Positions 10,454 through 20,335 of a stretch of DNA of 32,000 bases are shown piece after piece. The position numbers were made by a program, and so were the translations under genes. Origin of the DNA: Polynucleobacter necessarius (GTDB taxonomy: Bacteria; Pseudomonadota; Gammaproteobacteria; Burkholderiales; Burkholderiaceae); NCBI RefSeq assembly GCF_900095195.1, contig NZ_LT606950.1:576164-608163 (forward strand), given 5' to 3'. How positions within the stretch are numbered: the first letter of the stretch is position 1; every line of letters starts with the position of its first letter. The notes under the pieces are model-generated. The model did no database searches. It was given only the letters and a program-made list of their open reading frames with translations, and had not been told where the DNA came from.

Positions 10454-10639
10454 TTACTTCTTAGCGTCAGCAGCAGGAGCAGCTGGTGCAGCAGGAGCAG
10501 CATCTTTAGCAGCGTCAGCAGCAGGAGCAGCTGGTGCAGCAGCAGGAGCAGGAGCTTCAGCAGGTTTTGCTTCTTCTTTTTTACCGCAAGCGGCCAAAGC
10601 GATAGCTAACATTGCAGCGAATACGAGTGACTTCTTCAT
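10454..10639 (-). CDS. small Ala/Pro-rich lipoprotein (61 aa)
   Basis: MKKSLVFAAMLAIALAAC has lipobox LAAC (Cys18). A GAGGAA Shine-Dalgarno lies 7 nt upstream of the ATG. The mature part is a low-complexity A/P/K/D repeat. Confidence 0.7.
   Translation of the reverse strand: MKKSLVFAAMLAIALAACGKKEEAKPAEAPAPAAAPAAPAADAAKDAAPAAPAAPAADAKK
10463..10542. repeat. 32-nt direct repeat at 48-nt period inside the small lipoprotein gene
   Basis: AGCGTCAGCAGCAGGAGCAGCTGGTGCAGCAG occurs at 10463-10494 and again at 10511-10542. This encodes a 16-aa internal duplication of the AAPAAPAADA unit. Confidence 0.85.
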
Positions 10640-10667
10640 TTGTAATTTCCTCTAAAAAATAAAACAG

Positions 10668-10683
10668 CAATTATCAATAATTG
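10668..10683. repeat. 16-bp palindrome upstream of the small lipoprotein gene (possible operator)
   Basis: CAATTAT-CA-ATAATTG has perfect 7-bp arms and lies about 30-45 nt upstream of the start codon at 10639. Its function is unknown. Confidence 0.3.
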
Positions 10684-10744
10684 TTGCGGGAACTACCAAG
10701 GGCTAATACCTAAGTAATTACCTGTATTCATTATAGTCATACCG

Positions 10745-11980
10745 TTACCGCTTCTCGAAAATTAGCCAACCAGCAAGATAGGCTTCATAGAGGCTTGATT
10801 TGTCGACGTTTTTTAGGGTCTTAGCGGTTAAGCTCCTATTGGCTGAGAGGGTCTCCCATGCCGCAACCACATTGTTTGGCTGATCTTTTGTGACTTCTTC
10901 TCCGTTGCAAAAAACTTGTTTTCTGAAGCTCAAAATTCGGGTCTGCGGGCTTGGTATCAGTGCCTGCTTAGCCAATTTATTTAGAAAGGATTTCGGAGAA
11001 AGGGATGGGACCGGCCCAGTGAAAAAGGCATTCGGTTTTGGTTCTGAGAGGTAGGCTGTAATACCGGGTAAAAAACGGTTTACTTGATTGAGCTGTAGTT
11101 TGCTAACTTCCTCGTGTAATCGCTTTATCAACTCCTCTGGCAGTTGATCTGGATTGGCGGTGGCATTCTGCTTCGGATCAGCAAATCTTTGATCTAAATT
11201 TGGAATATCTTCTAGCGATTCAGCAAGTCGCCATAAACCCTCTTGCAATAACTCTTTGAAGCTTGGCGAACGAAATCCCACGGACCACGTTTGGCAGCCT
11301 GAATCCAATGCTATGCCATCGTGCGCAATATGTGGTGGAAGGTAGAGCATGTCACCAGGCTCTAAGACCCATTCCTGCTCGCTCTGAAACGATTGCAAAA
11401 TCTTCAAGGGAAGTTTGGGGTTAAGGCTTAAGTCCTTTTGTTCCGAGATGCGCCATTGTCTTCTACCCGACATCTGAATCAAGAACACGTCATAGGAGTC
11501 AAAGTGTGGCCCTGCGCCGCCGCCGATGCCAGCAATGCTAATCATCAAATCATCAAGGCGAGCATCTGGTATGAACCGAAACCACGATAGTATGGTTGCT
11601 GCGGCCGGGTGATGCGCTTCCATGCCCTGAAACAACAGCGTCCAATTTGAATCCCCCAACTTCGGGATCCGTTTTTTAGTAAACGGCCCGTGTGAAAAAC
11701 GCCAAGGCTTGGACTGAATCAAGCGTGATTCCAGTTCCTCTTTTTCGGACAATTGAATCAGCTCAGAGTAAGAGATGGGGCTTTCTAAGTACTCATCATT
11801 TTGTTTGGCTAGGGCAAAGGCAGGAATGGCCCCTCGAACTAATAATGGCTTTTTGTGCCAATATTGCTTCATGAACTGCTGTGGACTGATTCCGCCAAAA
11901 AGTGCCCATGGCAACTCCAATGGCAGCTTTTTAGGTGGCTTGGGTGGTTGATGGGGTGTGCTCAAGTAAAATGAGGTCAT
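10745..11980 (-). CDS. JmjC/cupin-domain oxygenase (YcfD/RoxA-like ribosomal protein hydroxylase family)
   Basis: 411 aa with a 2-His-1-carboxylate facial triad context (GPHFDSYDVFLIQMSGRRQW ... PPHIAHDG). Confidence 0.8.
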   Translation of the reverse strand: MTSFYLSTPHQPPKPPKKLPLELPWALFGGISPQQFMKQYWHKKPLLVRGAIPAFALAKQNDEYLESPISYSELIQLSEKEELESRLIQSKPWRFSHGPFTKKRIPKLGDSNWTLLFQGMEAHHPAAATILSWFRFIPDARLDDLMISIAGIGGGAGPHFDSYDVFLIQMSGRRQWRISEQKDLSLNPKLPLKILQSFQSEQEWVLEPGDMLYLPPHIAHDGIALDSGCQTWSVGFRSPSFKELLQEGLWRLAESLEDIPNLDQRFADPKQNATANPDQLPEELIKRLHEEVSKLQLNQVNRFLPGITAYLSEPKPNAFFTGPVPSLSPKSFLNKLAKQALIPSPQTRILSFRKQVFCNGEEVTKDQPNNVVAAWETLSANRSLTAKTLKNVDKSSLYEAYLAGWLIFEKR

Positions 11981-12015
11981 AGAGTGATTAGAAACGAATG
12001 TACGGTAAATTGCGC

Positions 12016-12624
12016 ATGAAGATTGAAAAAAATACTATCGTATCCCTTCGATATAAATTAACAGACGCACACAATAATGTCATCGAAGAGCCAGATGCTC
12101 CGATGGTATACCTGCACGGTGGTTATGAGGGTACTTTCCCAAAAATCGAATCGCTGCTTGACGGTCAGGATATCGGCTATGAAGCCACTATTCAGCTCGA
12201 ACCCAATGAAGCATTTGGTGAGTACGATCCGGAATTACTCAAGATTGAGTCGCGTGCTCGCTTCCCAGAGCCGTTGGAGGTTGGTATGCAGTTTGAAGGC
12301 GTTCCCGACTCTGAGGAGTCTGAAGACATTTCTGTCGCTGATGTCGAGGAAGATAGTGACGATGAGCCGCTGATTTATACCGTTACCGATGTCGAAGACA
12401 ATCAAGTGGTTCTCGATGGCAATCATCCACTGGCTGGAATGGCGCTGCGCTTTTGGGTGCAAGTTGAGGATGTGCGTGCTGCAACCGAGGATGAAATTGA
12501 AAACCGTCACCCAGATGGTGCCGAGAATTTTACCTTCGGCATGCCAAGCGAAGACGCTGATGAAGAGGATTTCTTAGAAAAAGCGCTTGGCACCCAAGGG
12601 CAGGTATCGCGCACCCTGCATTGA
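12016..12624 (+). CDS. slyD: FKBP-type peptidyl-prolyl cis-trans isomerase (SlyD-like)
   Basis: MKIEKNTIVSLRYKLTD...VYLHGGYEGTFPKIESLLDGQDIG is the SlyD FKBP/IF pattern. I prefer ATG 12016 over track start 11998. The insert and tail are acidic rather than His-rich. Confidence 0.8.
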   Translation: MKIEKNTIVSLRYKLTDAHNNVIEEPDAPMVYLHGGYEGTFPKIESLLDGQDIGYEATIQLEPNEAFGEYDPELLKIESRARFPEPLEVGMQFEGVPDSEESEDISVADVEEDSDDEPLIYTVTDVEDNQVVLDGNHPLAGMALRFWVQVEDVRAATEDEIENRHPDGAENFTFGMPSEDADEEDFLEKALGTQGQVSRTLH

Positions 12625-12639
12625 TTTAGATTACTAGGG

Positions 12640-13398
12640 CTACTCTTTCAGCCATTCTTTAATGGCATCTAAATCGCGCTTGGTATCACTGCTGCCCGCA
12701 GAATCTGTTGGCGTATTGCTAAGTTTTGCCAGAGCCTTTTCAAGCTGGGCAATTTTTGCTTCTTGCTCAATCGTGGCATCGATCAGACCCCTAAGTGCCA
12801 TTGACACGGGATCATCAACATTGGGTGTCACGCCATAGGCAGAGAAGTATTCCTTTGTTTTGCTATCCGCGCTTTGCGGTAAATCGGGATGCAGAATGCG
12901 AGCTGGAATTCCAACAGCAGTTGCTCCGGGCGGAATTTCTTTTAAGACCACTGCATTTGATCCAACGCGCGCACTATCGCCAACGGTAAATCCGCCCAAT
13001 ACTTTCGCACCTGCGCTGACGACGACGCCATTGCCAAGGGTAGGGTGACGCTTAACACCTTTGTAGAGCGAAGTGCCACCTAATGTGACGCCTTGATAGA
13101 TGGTGCAGTCATCACCGATCTCGGTAGTTTCGCCAATCACAATTCCTAGGCCATGATCTAAAAATACGCGACGACCAATCTTTGCACCAGGATGAATTTC
13201 AATACCAGTAATAAAGCGCGACACCATCGATAGCAAACGCGCAATCCACTTTAAGCCTAAATTCCATAAAAAATGGGAGATGCGGTGGAGCCAAACTGCA
13301 TGTAAACCTTGGTAGCAGGTAATGACCTCGAGACGGTTTCTTGCCGCTGGATCACGAACGATGATGGAGTCGACTTGCTCAAAGAGTGAATTAAACAT
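12640..13398 (-). CDS. cysE: serine O-acetyltransferase
   Basis: 252 aa with left-handed beta-helix hexapeptide repeats (GIEIHPGAKIGRRVFLDHGLGIVIGETTEIGDDCTIYQGVTLGG). Confidence 0.93.
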   Translation of the reverse strand: MFNSLFEQVDSIIVRDPAARNRLEVITCYQGLHAVWLHRISHFLWNLGLKWIARLLSMVSRFITGIEIHPGAKIGRRVFLDHGLGIVIGETTEIGDDCTIYQGVTLGGTSLYKGVKRHPTLGNGVVVSAGAKVLGGFTVGDSARVGSNAVVLKEIPPGATAVGIPARILHPDLPQSADSKTKEYFSAYGVTPNVDDPVSMALRGLIDATIEQEAKIAQLEKALAKLSNTPTDSAGSSDTKRDLDAIKEWLKE

Positions 13399-13420
13399 AG
13401 CTAGATTCTAATGGGGCTAT

Positions 13421-14152
13421 CTATTTTTTGTGGAGCATCTCTTTTGCCATGCCTCGCAGTAAATCAATCTCCTCTTTTTGAAGGCGAGCGCGGGCAAATA
13501 ATGCCTCTAATCGAGGCATTAGTTTTTTGGGTTGGTGGGGTCTAAATAGCCAATAACGCCAGTGCTCCAGCATGGCTGAAACAGCAACAGGATCAGCTAG
13601 GTCCTGAGCATCACGGTTTTTACGGATTCATCAGCAGCGCCAGCCTTTAAAGCCTGTCGGAGGATATAGGCACAGACCATAAGTGCTTGAGCTAAATTGA
13701 GCGAGGGGTAATTGGGGTTAGCGTCCAGCCAGACACGATGAGTGCAGAGCGATAGGTGGTGGTTTTCAAGACCGGTTCGCTCTGGACCAAATACCATGGG
13801 CGACGTACCCTTGATTTTGGACCGTTTGCGCGATCAGCTGGCAGGCACTCTCCCAGTCGATAGCAGGAGGACCAAATTCCCGTTCGCGACTGGTTAATCC
13901 AACTACCATTGAGCACCCTTGGACCGTGGTGTCGAGAGAGTCGGATACAGAGCAAGATTCCAAAATATCCACTGCGCCACTCGCCATTGCTATGGCATCA
14001 GCTTGCTTTGCGATATCAGGAGTATTGGGGTTCACAAGCCGTAATTGCTCGAAGCCCATGGTCTTGAGGGCTCTCGCGGCAGAGCCGACATTGCCTGGAT
14101 GGCTAGTCTCTACCAGAACCCAACGCAGAAAACGGGCTTGATTAATGTTCAT
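13421..14152 (-). pseudogene. trmJ: tRNA (cytidine/uridine-2'-O-)-methyltransferase TrmJ, split into three frames
   Basis: Segment 1 is the SpoU N-terminus (VLVETSHPGNVGSAARALKTMGF, track 13766..14170). Segment 2 is MVFGPERTGLENHHLSLC...NLAQALMVCAYILRQAL (13597..13797). Segment 3 is unlisted: NRDAQDLADPVAVSAMLEHW...KKLMPRLEALFARARLQKEEIDLLRGMAKEMLHKK*, ending at 13421. The joins fall in the run GGG 13798-13800 and in the T5 run 13617-13621. Confidence 0.8.
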
Positions 14153-14292
14153 TAGGTGGTGGCTTCTCAAGGGATTTGGGGTAAATAAGGCAATTCTTTT
14201 AGAATCATAGGATTAGCTTGGTATTGTCATGCAGAAAATCACATTTTCACAGTACTTCTGGCCCGTTCTTATTTAATTTGTCCACCCATACT

Positions 14293-15081
14293 ATGCATCC
14301 CATGTTAAATGTGGCCGTAAAGGCCGCCCGTCGTGCTGGAACCATTATAAATCGTGCTTCATTGAATTTGGAGCGCCTCCAGATTGATCGCAAACAGCAC
14401 AATGATTTTGTGACTGAGGTGGACAAAGCCGCAGAAGCGGCCATCATTGAAACCCTGAGCGAAGCCTATCCAACGCATGGATTCATGGCTGAAGAAACGG
14501 GTGAGCATAACTCTGATGCTGAAAATGTCTGGATCATTGATCCATTGGATGGCACAACCAATTTCATTCATGGCTTTCCGCAATATGCAGTCTCAATCGC
14601 CCTAGCAGTCAATGGCGTGACACAACAAGCGGTTGTGTACGACCCTACGCGGGATGAGCTCTTCGCTGCTACACGTGGTGCGGGCGCATACCTCGATCGC
14701 CGTCGTTTACGAGTGGGTACGCAAGATCGCTTAGCGAATGCATTGATCGGCACAGGCTTTCCATATCGTGAAGATCAAGACCTCGAAAAGTACCTCAAGA
14801 TATTTGCAAAGATGTCTCGCCAATGCGCAGGGTTGCGCCGTCCAGGTGCAGCCTCTTTGGATTTGGCATATGTAGCCGCAGGTCGTTACGATGGATTTTT
14901 TGAGAGTGATCTCAAGCCATGGGATATGGCCGCTGGTGCTTTGTTGATTGCCGAAGCAGGGGGCCTTGTCGGCAATTATCGAGGTGAGGAAGGGTTCTTA
15001 AAGAGCGGTGAGGTGATGGCTGCTAACCCACGCATCTATGCGCAGATGGTGCAATGTTTATCAAAATATTCCGTCAGCTAA
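14293..15081 (+). CDS. suhB: inositol monophosphatase family protein (SuhB)
   Basis: [16 protein letters not shown]...EE...[12 protein letters not shown]...WDMAAG motifs. The ATG at 14293 is preferred over track start 14218. The gene is divergent from trmJ, as in many proteobacteria. Confidence 0.9.
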   Translation: MHPMLNVAVKAARRAGTIINRASLNLERLQIDRKQHNDFVTEVDKAAEAAIIETLSEAYPTHGFMAEETGEHNSDAENVWIIDPLDGTTNFIHGFPQYAVSIALAVNGVTQQAVVYDPTRDELFAATRGAGAYLDRRRLRVGTQDRLANALIGTGFPYREDQDLEKYLKIFAKMSRQCAGLRRPGAASLDLAYVAAGRYDGFFESDLKPWDMAAGALLIAEAGGLVGNYRGEEGFLKSGEVMAANPRIYAQMVQCLSKYSVS

Positions 15082-15082
15082 T

Positions 15083-15871
15083 TTAAGATTTAACTAAATC
15101 GACTGACCGAACTCCTTCCGCATTCACCAACAGCGCATTGGCTCTAGGACGTGCACTTTCATGGCGGTCTAAATCCCAATCCGATAACACCCAGCGTTGC
15201 CATTTTTGCGCACCAAAGGATTCTTGATGGTGTGCAGGCAGATGAGTGTGTCCGTGAATGAGTTGATCGCAGTCAAACGTTTTTAGAGCTGCAGCACAGG
15301 CATCCTGAGTAACATTCGTTTTGATGACGTTTCGATGGTGGGACGTGCTAGCGCGGTGCTGGTATTGAGCCTGACTATTGCTGCGCAGGTGATTAGCGAT
15401 ACCACGACGCCATGACAGTGGTAATCGTAAAAACGATTTTTGTATCCAACGCTTTCTGGTCCATCTACGAAATACTTGATAGCCCGCGTCTGCCGTACAG
15501 AGCGCGTCACCATGTGAGAGTAAGTATTGCTGACCACCTAGGTTTACCAATGATGGATCGGCTAATGGCATTATTCCGGTTTTTTTTAGAAATGCTGGGC
15601 CAATCAAAAAATCGCGATTGCCATGCATGTAGTACGTTTTGGTTTTGCTGGAGAGACTAGCAAGGGCGCGCCTTACTTCCCGAGTAAATGGGGAATGAGC
15701 GGCGGCGGCATCTCCAATCCAATACTCAAATAAATCACCCAAAATAAATACAGCTTCAACCTGGGAAACATCTTTTTCGCAGAAGTCAAAAAAGCGTTGC
15801 GCCGTCAATGGCATTGACGGCGTCAGGTGTATGTCTGAGATGAGCAGGGCGCTCGTGTGATGCGGAATCAT
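15083..15871 (-). CDS. lpxH: UDP-2,3-diacylglucosamine diphosphatase
   Basis: 262 aa with calcineurin-like metallophosphatase motifs ([25 protein letters not shown]). The start ATG overlaps the ppiB stop (ATGA). Confidence 0.9.
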   Translation of the reverse strand: MIPHHTSALLISDIHLTPSMPLTAQRFFDFCEKDVSQVEAVFILGDLFEYWIGDAAAAHSPFTREVRRALASLSSKTKTYYMHGNRDFLIGPAFLKKTGIMPLADPSLVNLGGQQYLLSHGDALCTADAGYQVFRRWTRKRWIQKSFLRLPLSWRRGIANHLRSNSQAQYQHRASTSHHRNVIKTNVTQDACAAALKTFDCDQLIHGHTHLPAHHQESFGAQKWQRWVLSDWDLDRHESARPRANALLVNAEGVRSVDLVKS

Positions 15872-16362
15872 TCCTCGAGGACAGAGGCTTTCTCAATCAC
15901 AACGTCTTCCGTTGGAACGTCTTGATGAAAGCCGGAGTTACCGGTTTTCACCTTACGAATGGCATCCACGACATCCATGCCATGCCATGTACCTTACCAA
16001 AAACCGCGTAGCCCCATCCTTGGGCATTTGGAGCGGTGTGGTTTAAGAAATCATTGTTATTCACATTAATAAAAACTGTGCGGTAGCGGAGTGCGGGTCG
16101 CTCGTACGCGCCATAGCAATCGTGCCACACTCATTTTTGAGACCATTTTCTCAATTTGATCACCGGTTGGCTTTTGTTTCATGCCGGCAGTCATTCCGCC
16201 ACCTTGAATCATGAAGTTGTCGATCACGCGATGAAAAATCGCGCCATCGTAATGCCCGTTTTTAACGTATTGCAAAAAGTTGGCTACGCTCTTTGGCGCT
16301 TTTGCTGCATCAAGACTAAGGGTGATATCGCCCTTATTCGTTTTTAATAGTACTTTTGCCAT
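15868..16362 (-). pseudogene. ppiB: cyclophilin-type peptidyl-prolyl isomerase B, three frameshifts
   Basis: The frames read in order: MAKVLLKTNKGDITL...FHRVIDNFMIQGGGM...KPTGDQI | ENGLKNECGTIAMARTSDPHSATAQF | [31 protein letters not shown] | [35 protein letters not shown]. The joins are at ~16150-16153, at the A5 run 16071-16075 (6 expected), and at the CCATG triplication 15975-15989. Confidence 0.85.
15975..15989. repeat. CCATG x3 tandem repeat (one unit too many) inside ppiB
   Basis: Removing one 5-bp unit restores ...[18 protein letters not shown]... in frame. Confidence 0.85.
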
Positions 16363-16403
16363 GGTTTGATTTACCTATCTGATGATTTAGTGGATGAATT
16401 GCT

Positions 16404-17216
16404 CTAAGGATTGCTAGTACTCGAGCCTTTTGCTTGTGGCTTGAGTAGGTTTAAAAGATATTTGGCGCGATTTGCATAAAGACGTTGATTTAACTGCGTA
16501 TTGGTAGCGGCATCCTCATAGGCCTTGGCGCCCAGCCTGACATAGACATCGCCCAAGTTGGCCGATGCAATGCTATAGCTGGGGCGTAGCTTGTGAGCAA
16601 GCTCTAAGTAATCGCGTGCTTCAAGCCACTTGTTTTGATTGGCGGCAATGGCTGCCAGATTGTTATAGGGTTCTGGCAACTCAGGAAATTGCTGTGTAAT
16701 TTCAACCAGTGTTTTCTTGGCGGCATCAAAATCGCGCAGCTCAATTTGTACGCGAGCTTTCACATAGCGTAGTTGAACATTTTTTGGCGTCTTTTTGAGT
16801 TTTGCATTAATTAAATCGATGGCATCTTGATATTGGCGTGCTTTGATTAGTTTCTCAACATCGGATGGCACTGCATTTTTAGTAAAAGGATCAGGCTCAA
16901 TAATTAAAAACGATAAGAACGGAACGCCAACCGTTTCGGATAGCTCTGGATTGGGAGGGTCGTATGGTGAGTCTGTGGTAAGACGTGGAGGGTCAATCGG
17001 GCCGTATCCACCAAGATAAGCCTGTGTTTTTGCTTGCGGGGAAGTCGTTTCTTGCTTGTTAACTGCCGCAATTTCGGCGTTTGCAAGTTGTTGGGCTGGT
17101 GTGCTGCACCCGCTGATGAGCAAAAGGCTGGACGTAGCTACCAAAACCATCAAAAGGGTGGTAAGCAGGGCTTTAGGGGTCACAAACATAGGGGAGGGGG
17201 TGAAAAACGGTCTCAT
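16404..17216 (-). CDS. TPR-repeat lipoprotein
   Basis: 270 aa with a signal peptide and lipobox LLISGC, followed by TPR-like helical repeats. It lies upstream of ppiB-lpxH on the same strand. The start could instead be the internal Met (MFVTPK...). Confidence 0.7.
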   Translation of the reverse strand: MRPFFTPSPMFVTPKALLTTLLMVLVATSSLLLISGCSTPAQQLANAEIAAVNKQETTSPQAKTQAYLGGYGPIDPPRLTTDSPYDPPNPELSETVGVPFLSFLIIEPDPFTKNAVPSDVEKLIKARQYQDAIDLINAKLKKTPKNVQLRYVKARVQIELRDFDAAKKTLVEITQQFPELPEPYNNLAAIAANQNKWLEARDYLELAHKLRPSYSIASANLGDVYVRLGAKAYEDAATNTQLNQRLYANRAKYLLNLLKPQAKGSSTSNP

Positions 17217-17276
17217 TCGATATACTCAGCGCTCAGTCTAACAAATTGGCGCTACTTGCCGCACCTTTATAGCTCT

Positions 17277-18698
17277 ATGCTGCAAATCTATAACACCCTC
17301 AGCCGTTCCAAACAGGTCTTTAAGCCCATCCTACCGGGTAAGGTGAAGATGTATGTCTGCGGCATGACGGTCTATGATTTTTGCCATATTGGGCACGCTC
17401 GCGTCATGATTGTTTTTGACATGGTGGTTCGTTGGCTCCGAGCAAGCGGCTATGAAGTTCTTTACGTTCGCAATATCACCGATATTGATGACAAGATTAT
17501 CAATCGCGCCCTAGAAAACGGCGAACCCATTTCTGCGTTAACGAATCGCTTCATCGATGCCATGCACGCCGATTCGGATGAGTTAGGTCTCGTGCATCCT
17601 GATAAAGAGCCTCGTGCTACAGATTACATTCAACAAATGCAAGGAATGATTGGCCGACTTATTGACAATGAACTTGCCTATCAAGCGGCAGATGGCGACG
17701 TCAATTTTGCAGTGCGCCTACTGCCGCGTTATGGCCAGCTTTCTGGAAAGTCATTGGATGAACTCAATGCGGGTGAGCGTATTGCTGTCAGTGGTGGCAA
17801 GCGTGACCCATTGGACTTTGTTTTGTGGAAGAGCGCTAAGCCTGAGGAGCCTGCTGATACGCGCTGGAGTTCGCCATGGGGTGAGGGTCGCCCAGGCTGG
17901 CATATCGAATGCTCGGCAATGTCTTGCGACTTGCTTGGAGAGCATTTTGATATTCATGGTGGTGGCGCTGATCTTCAGCTTCCCCATCACGAAAATGAAA
18001 TTGCTCAAAGCGAAGGTGTCTTGTACGGACAGAATCGTAGCGAAGAAGATGCTCCATTTGTGAACTACTGGATGCACAATGGCCACATTCGTGTCAACGA
18101 AAAAAAAATGTCCAAGTCTCTTGGTAATTTCTTTCTGATTCGGGATGTTCTCAAGCGGTTTGATCCTGAAGTGCTACGTTTCTTTATGTTGAAAGCACAC
18201 TATCGTAGCCCGATCAATTACAGTGACACTCAGCTCGAAGAGGCTCGCGCAGGTCTAGTAAGGTTATACACTGCTCTATCGCAAACTCATTCAACCGATA
18301 GTAGTGTCTTAGACGGCAACAATCCATGGGTCAAGCGCTTTACAGGGGCGATGAATGATGATCTCAATACCCCTGAGGCTATTGCAGTCATGTTTGATTT
18401 AGCGACCGAGGTAAATCGCTCCCAGGGCTCAGAAAAGCAAGCACTAGCAGGCCTTTTGAAGGGCTTGGCTGGAACTATGAACTTCTTGCAACGGGATCCT
18501 ATCGAGTTTTTGCAGTCAGGATCTAAAAAACAGGGTGATTTAAGTCCGGAGCAAATCGAAGAACAAATTTCTGCGCGGATAGCTGCTAAACAGGCAAAAG
18601 ATTTTGCCAAAGCTGATCACATTCGCACAACACTGCTCGAACAAGGGGTTTCCTTGGAAGATAAACCTGGTGGCATTACCGAATGGCGTAGAGCGTAG
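17277..18698 (+). CDS. cysS: cysteine--tRNA ligase
   Basis: [17 protein letters not shown]...[19 protein letters not shown] (HIGH) and KMSKSLGNF. The track ORF start at 17034 would overlap the opposite-strand TPR gene, so I use ATG 17277. Confidence 0.93.
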   Translation: MLQIYNTLSRSKQVFKPILPGKVKMYVCGMTVYDFCHIGHARVMIVFDMVVRWLRASGYEVLYVRNITDIDDKIINRALENGEPISALTNRFIDAMHADSDELGLVHPDKEPRATDYIQQMQGMIGRLIDNELAYQAADGDVNFAVRLLPRYGQLSGKSLDELNAGERIAVSGGKRDPLDFVLWKSAKPEEPADTRWSSPWGEGRPGWHIECSAMSCDLLGEHFDIHGGGADLQLPHHENEIAQSEGVLYGQNRSEEDAPFVNYWMHNGHIRVNEKKMSKSLGNFFLIRDVLKRFDPEVLRFFMLKAHYRSPINYSDTQLEEARAGLVRLYTALSQTHSTDSSVLDGNNPWVKRFTGAMNDDLNTPEAIAVMFDLATEVNRSQGSEKQALAGLLKGLAGTMNFLQRDPIEFLQSGSKKQGDLSPEQIEEQISARIAAKQAKDFAKADHIRTTLLEQGVSLEDKPGGITEWRRA

Positions 18699-19354
18699 TG
18701 TTGGCTGCAAAAGAAAAAACGATTCTGACGGAATCTGCCCCGGAGTATTGGGAGCAGGCTTGTCGCGAGCTCATGAAGCAAGATCGCATTTTAAAAAAAC
18801 TGATTCCGAAGTATGGTTCAGGATTTTTAGTGACGCGAGGTGATGCATTTACTACTCTAGCCCGAGCAATTGTCGGCCAACAAATATCCGTTGCAGCAGC
18901 GCAAGCGGTGTGGGATAGAGTGATGATTGCTTGCAAGAAAAAAATGCACCCTAAAAATGTCTTATCACTTTCGACCGAGGAATTACGAGCCGCTAGACTA
19001 TCTGGACGTAAAGTCGAGTACATTCGCGATTTGGCCGATCACTTTGACTCTGGGCGCTTGCATGCTAACCAGTGGAAAGACATGGACGACGAGAGCGTGA
19101 TTAAAGAATTAAGTGCTATTCGCGGAATTGGTCGCTGGACCGCCGAAATGTTCCTGATTTTTAATATGGTTCGCCCTAATATCCTGCCCTTGGACGATGT
19201 TGGTCTAATTAAGGCAATTTCCCTCAATTATTTCAGTGGAGAGCCGGTAAGTCGGCATGAGGCTAGGGAGGTAGCAGCGAATTGGGCCCCATGGCGTACC
19301 GTTGCTACTTGGTATATGTGGAGAAGTATCGACCCCATCCCGGTTGAATATTAA
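18698..19354 (+). CDS. DNA-3-methyladenine glycosylase II family protein (HhH-GPD superfamily)
   Basis: 218 aa with a helix-hairpin-helix motif (IRGIGRWTAEMFLIF) and the following catalytic Asp context (LPLDDVGL). The GTG start overlaps the cysS stop by 1 nt. Confidence 0.8.
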   Translation: MLAAKEKTILTESAPEYWEQACRELMKQDRILKKLIPKYGSGFLVTRGDAFTTLARAIVGQQISVAAAQAVWDRVMIACKKKMHPKNVLSLSTEELRAARLSGRKVEYIRDLADHFDSGRLHANQWKDMDDESVIKELSAIRGIGRWTAEMFLIFNMVRPNILPLDDVGLIKAISLNYFSGEPVSRHEAREVAANWAPWRTVATWYMWRSIDPIPVEY

Positions 19355-19363
19355 AATCTGACT

Positions 19364-20335
19364 ATGAAAACGACTTTCCTGGATTTTGAGCAGCAAATCG
19401 CTGAACTTGAGTCAAAAATTGAAGAGCTGCGTTTTGTGCAGGACGAATCATCGGTAGATATCTCCGATGAGATTAAAACGCTTTCCGAAAAGAGTCTGCA
19501 GCTTACCAAAGATGTTTATGCCAACTTAACACCATGGCAAGTTTCACAAGTAGCCCGTCATCCACAGCGTCCTTACACCTTGGATTATGTCAATGCTTTG
19601 TTTACAGACTTTCATGAGTTGCATGGTGATCGCACATTTGCAGATGATCAATCGATTATTGGCGGATTAGCACGTTTTGATGACCAGCCTTGTATGGTGA
19701 TTGGTCATCAAAAAGGCCGCGACACTAAAGAGCGTGCCATGCGCAACTTTGGCATGAGTCGCCCAGAGGGCTATCGCAAAGCAATGCGCTTGATGCGCCT
19801 GGCAGAAAAATTTGGTATTCTCGTATTTACCTTTGTAGACACACCAGGCGCATTTCCAGGGATTGATGCGGAAGAGCGCAATCAATCAGAGGCGATCGGT
19901 CGTAATTTATATGTCCAAGCAGAATTAGAGGTGCCTATTATTGCCACCATCATCGGCGAGGGCGGGTCTGGTGGTGCGCTAGCGATTGCAATGGGGGATG
20001 TGGTACTGATGTTGCAGAACTCAACCTACTCTGTAATCTCCCCTGAGGGATGTGCCTCCATCCTCTGGAAGACCGCAGACAAAGCCTCTGAGGCTGCTGA
20101 GCAATTGGGCCTAACTGCCCAGCGTTTAAAGGCGTTGGGGTTAATCGATAAGATTGTGACCGAACCTATTGGTGGTGCTCATCGTGATTACGATGCCATG
20201 ATGAGCAATATGCGCAAGGCACTCTCAGAGTCACTGAAAACCTTTGATGGCATGAAGATTGATGCATTGCTTGAGCGTCGCCATGAGCGTCTCATGAGTT
20301 ATGGCAAGTTCAAGGAAATCGCCGCCAAATCCTAA
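19364..20335 (+). CDS. accA: acetyl-CoA carboxylase carboxyltransferase subunit alpha
   Basis: 323 aa with [26 protein letters not shown] and [12 protein letters not shown] motifs. Confidence 0.95.
   Translation: MKTTFLDFEQQIAELESKIEELRFVQDESSVDISDEIKTLSEKSLQLTKDVYANLTPWQVSQVARHPQRPYTLDYVNALFTDFHELHGDRTFADDQSIIGGLARFDDQPCMVIGHQKGRDTKERAMRNFGMSRPEGYRKAMRLMRLAEKFGILVFTFVDTPGAFPGIDAEERNQSEAIGRNLYVQAELEVPIIATIIGEGGSGGALAIAMGDVVLMLQNSTYSVISPEGCASILWKTADKASEAAEQLGLTAQRLKALGLIDKIVTEPIGGAHRDYDAMMSNMRKALSESLKTFDGMKIDALLERRHERLMSYGKFKEIAAKS

Noticed and set aside
10463-10542. Repeat array as a CRISPR or other non-coding repeat locus
   Set aside because: There are only two copies, in frame within a well-formed lipoprotein ORF, with no spacer structure. 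It is a coding duplication. The Ala/Pro-rich low-complexity DNA at 2150-2240 is likewise the ordinary E2 linker.
17034-17276. Long N-terminal extension of cysS in the ORF track (start 17034). Similar extensions exist for suhB (14218), slyD (11998) and trmJ (14170).
   Set aside because: The extensions overlap the opposite-strand TPR gene or lack homology. Conserved N-termini begin at the internal ATGs (17277, 14293, 12016, 14152).
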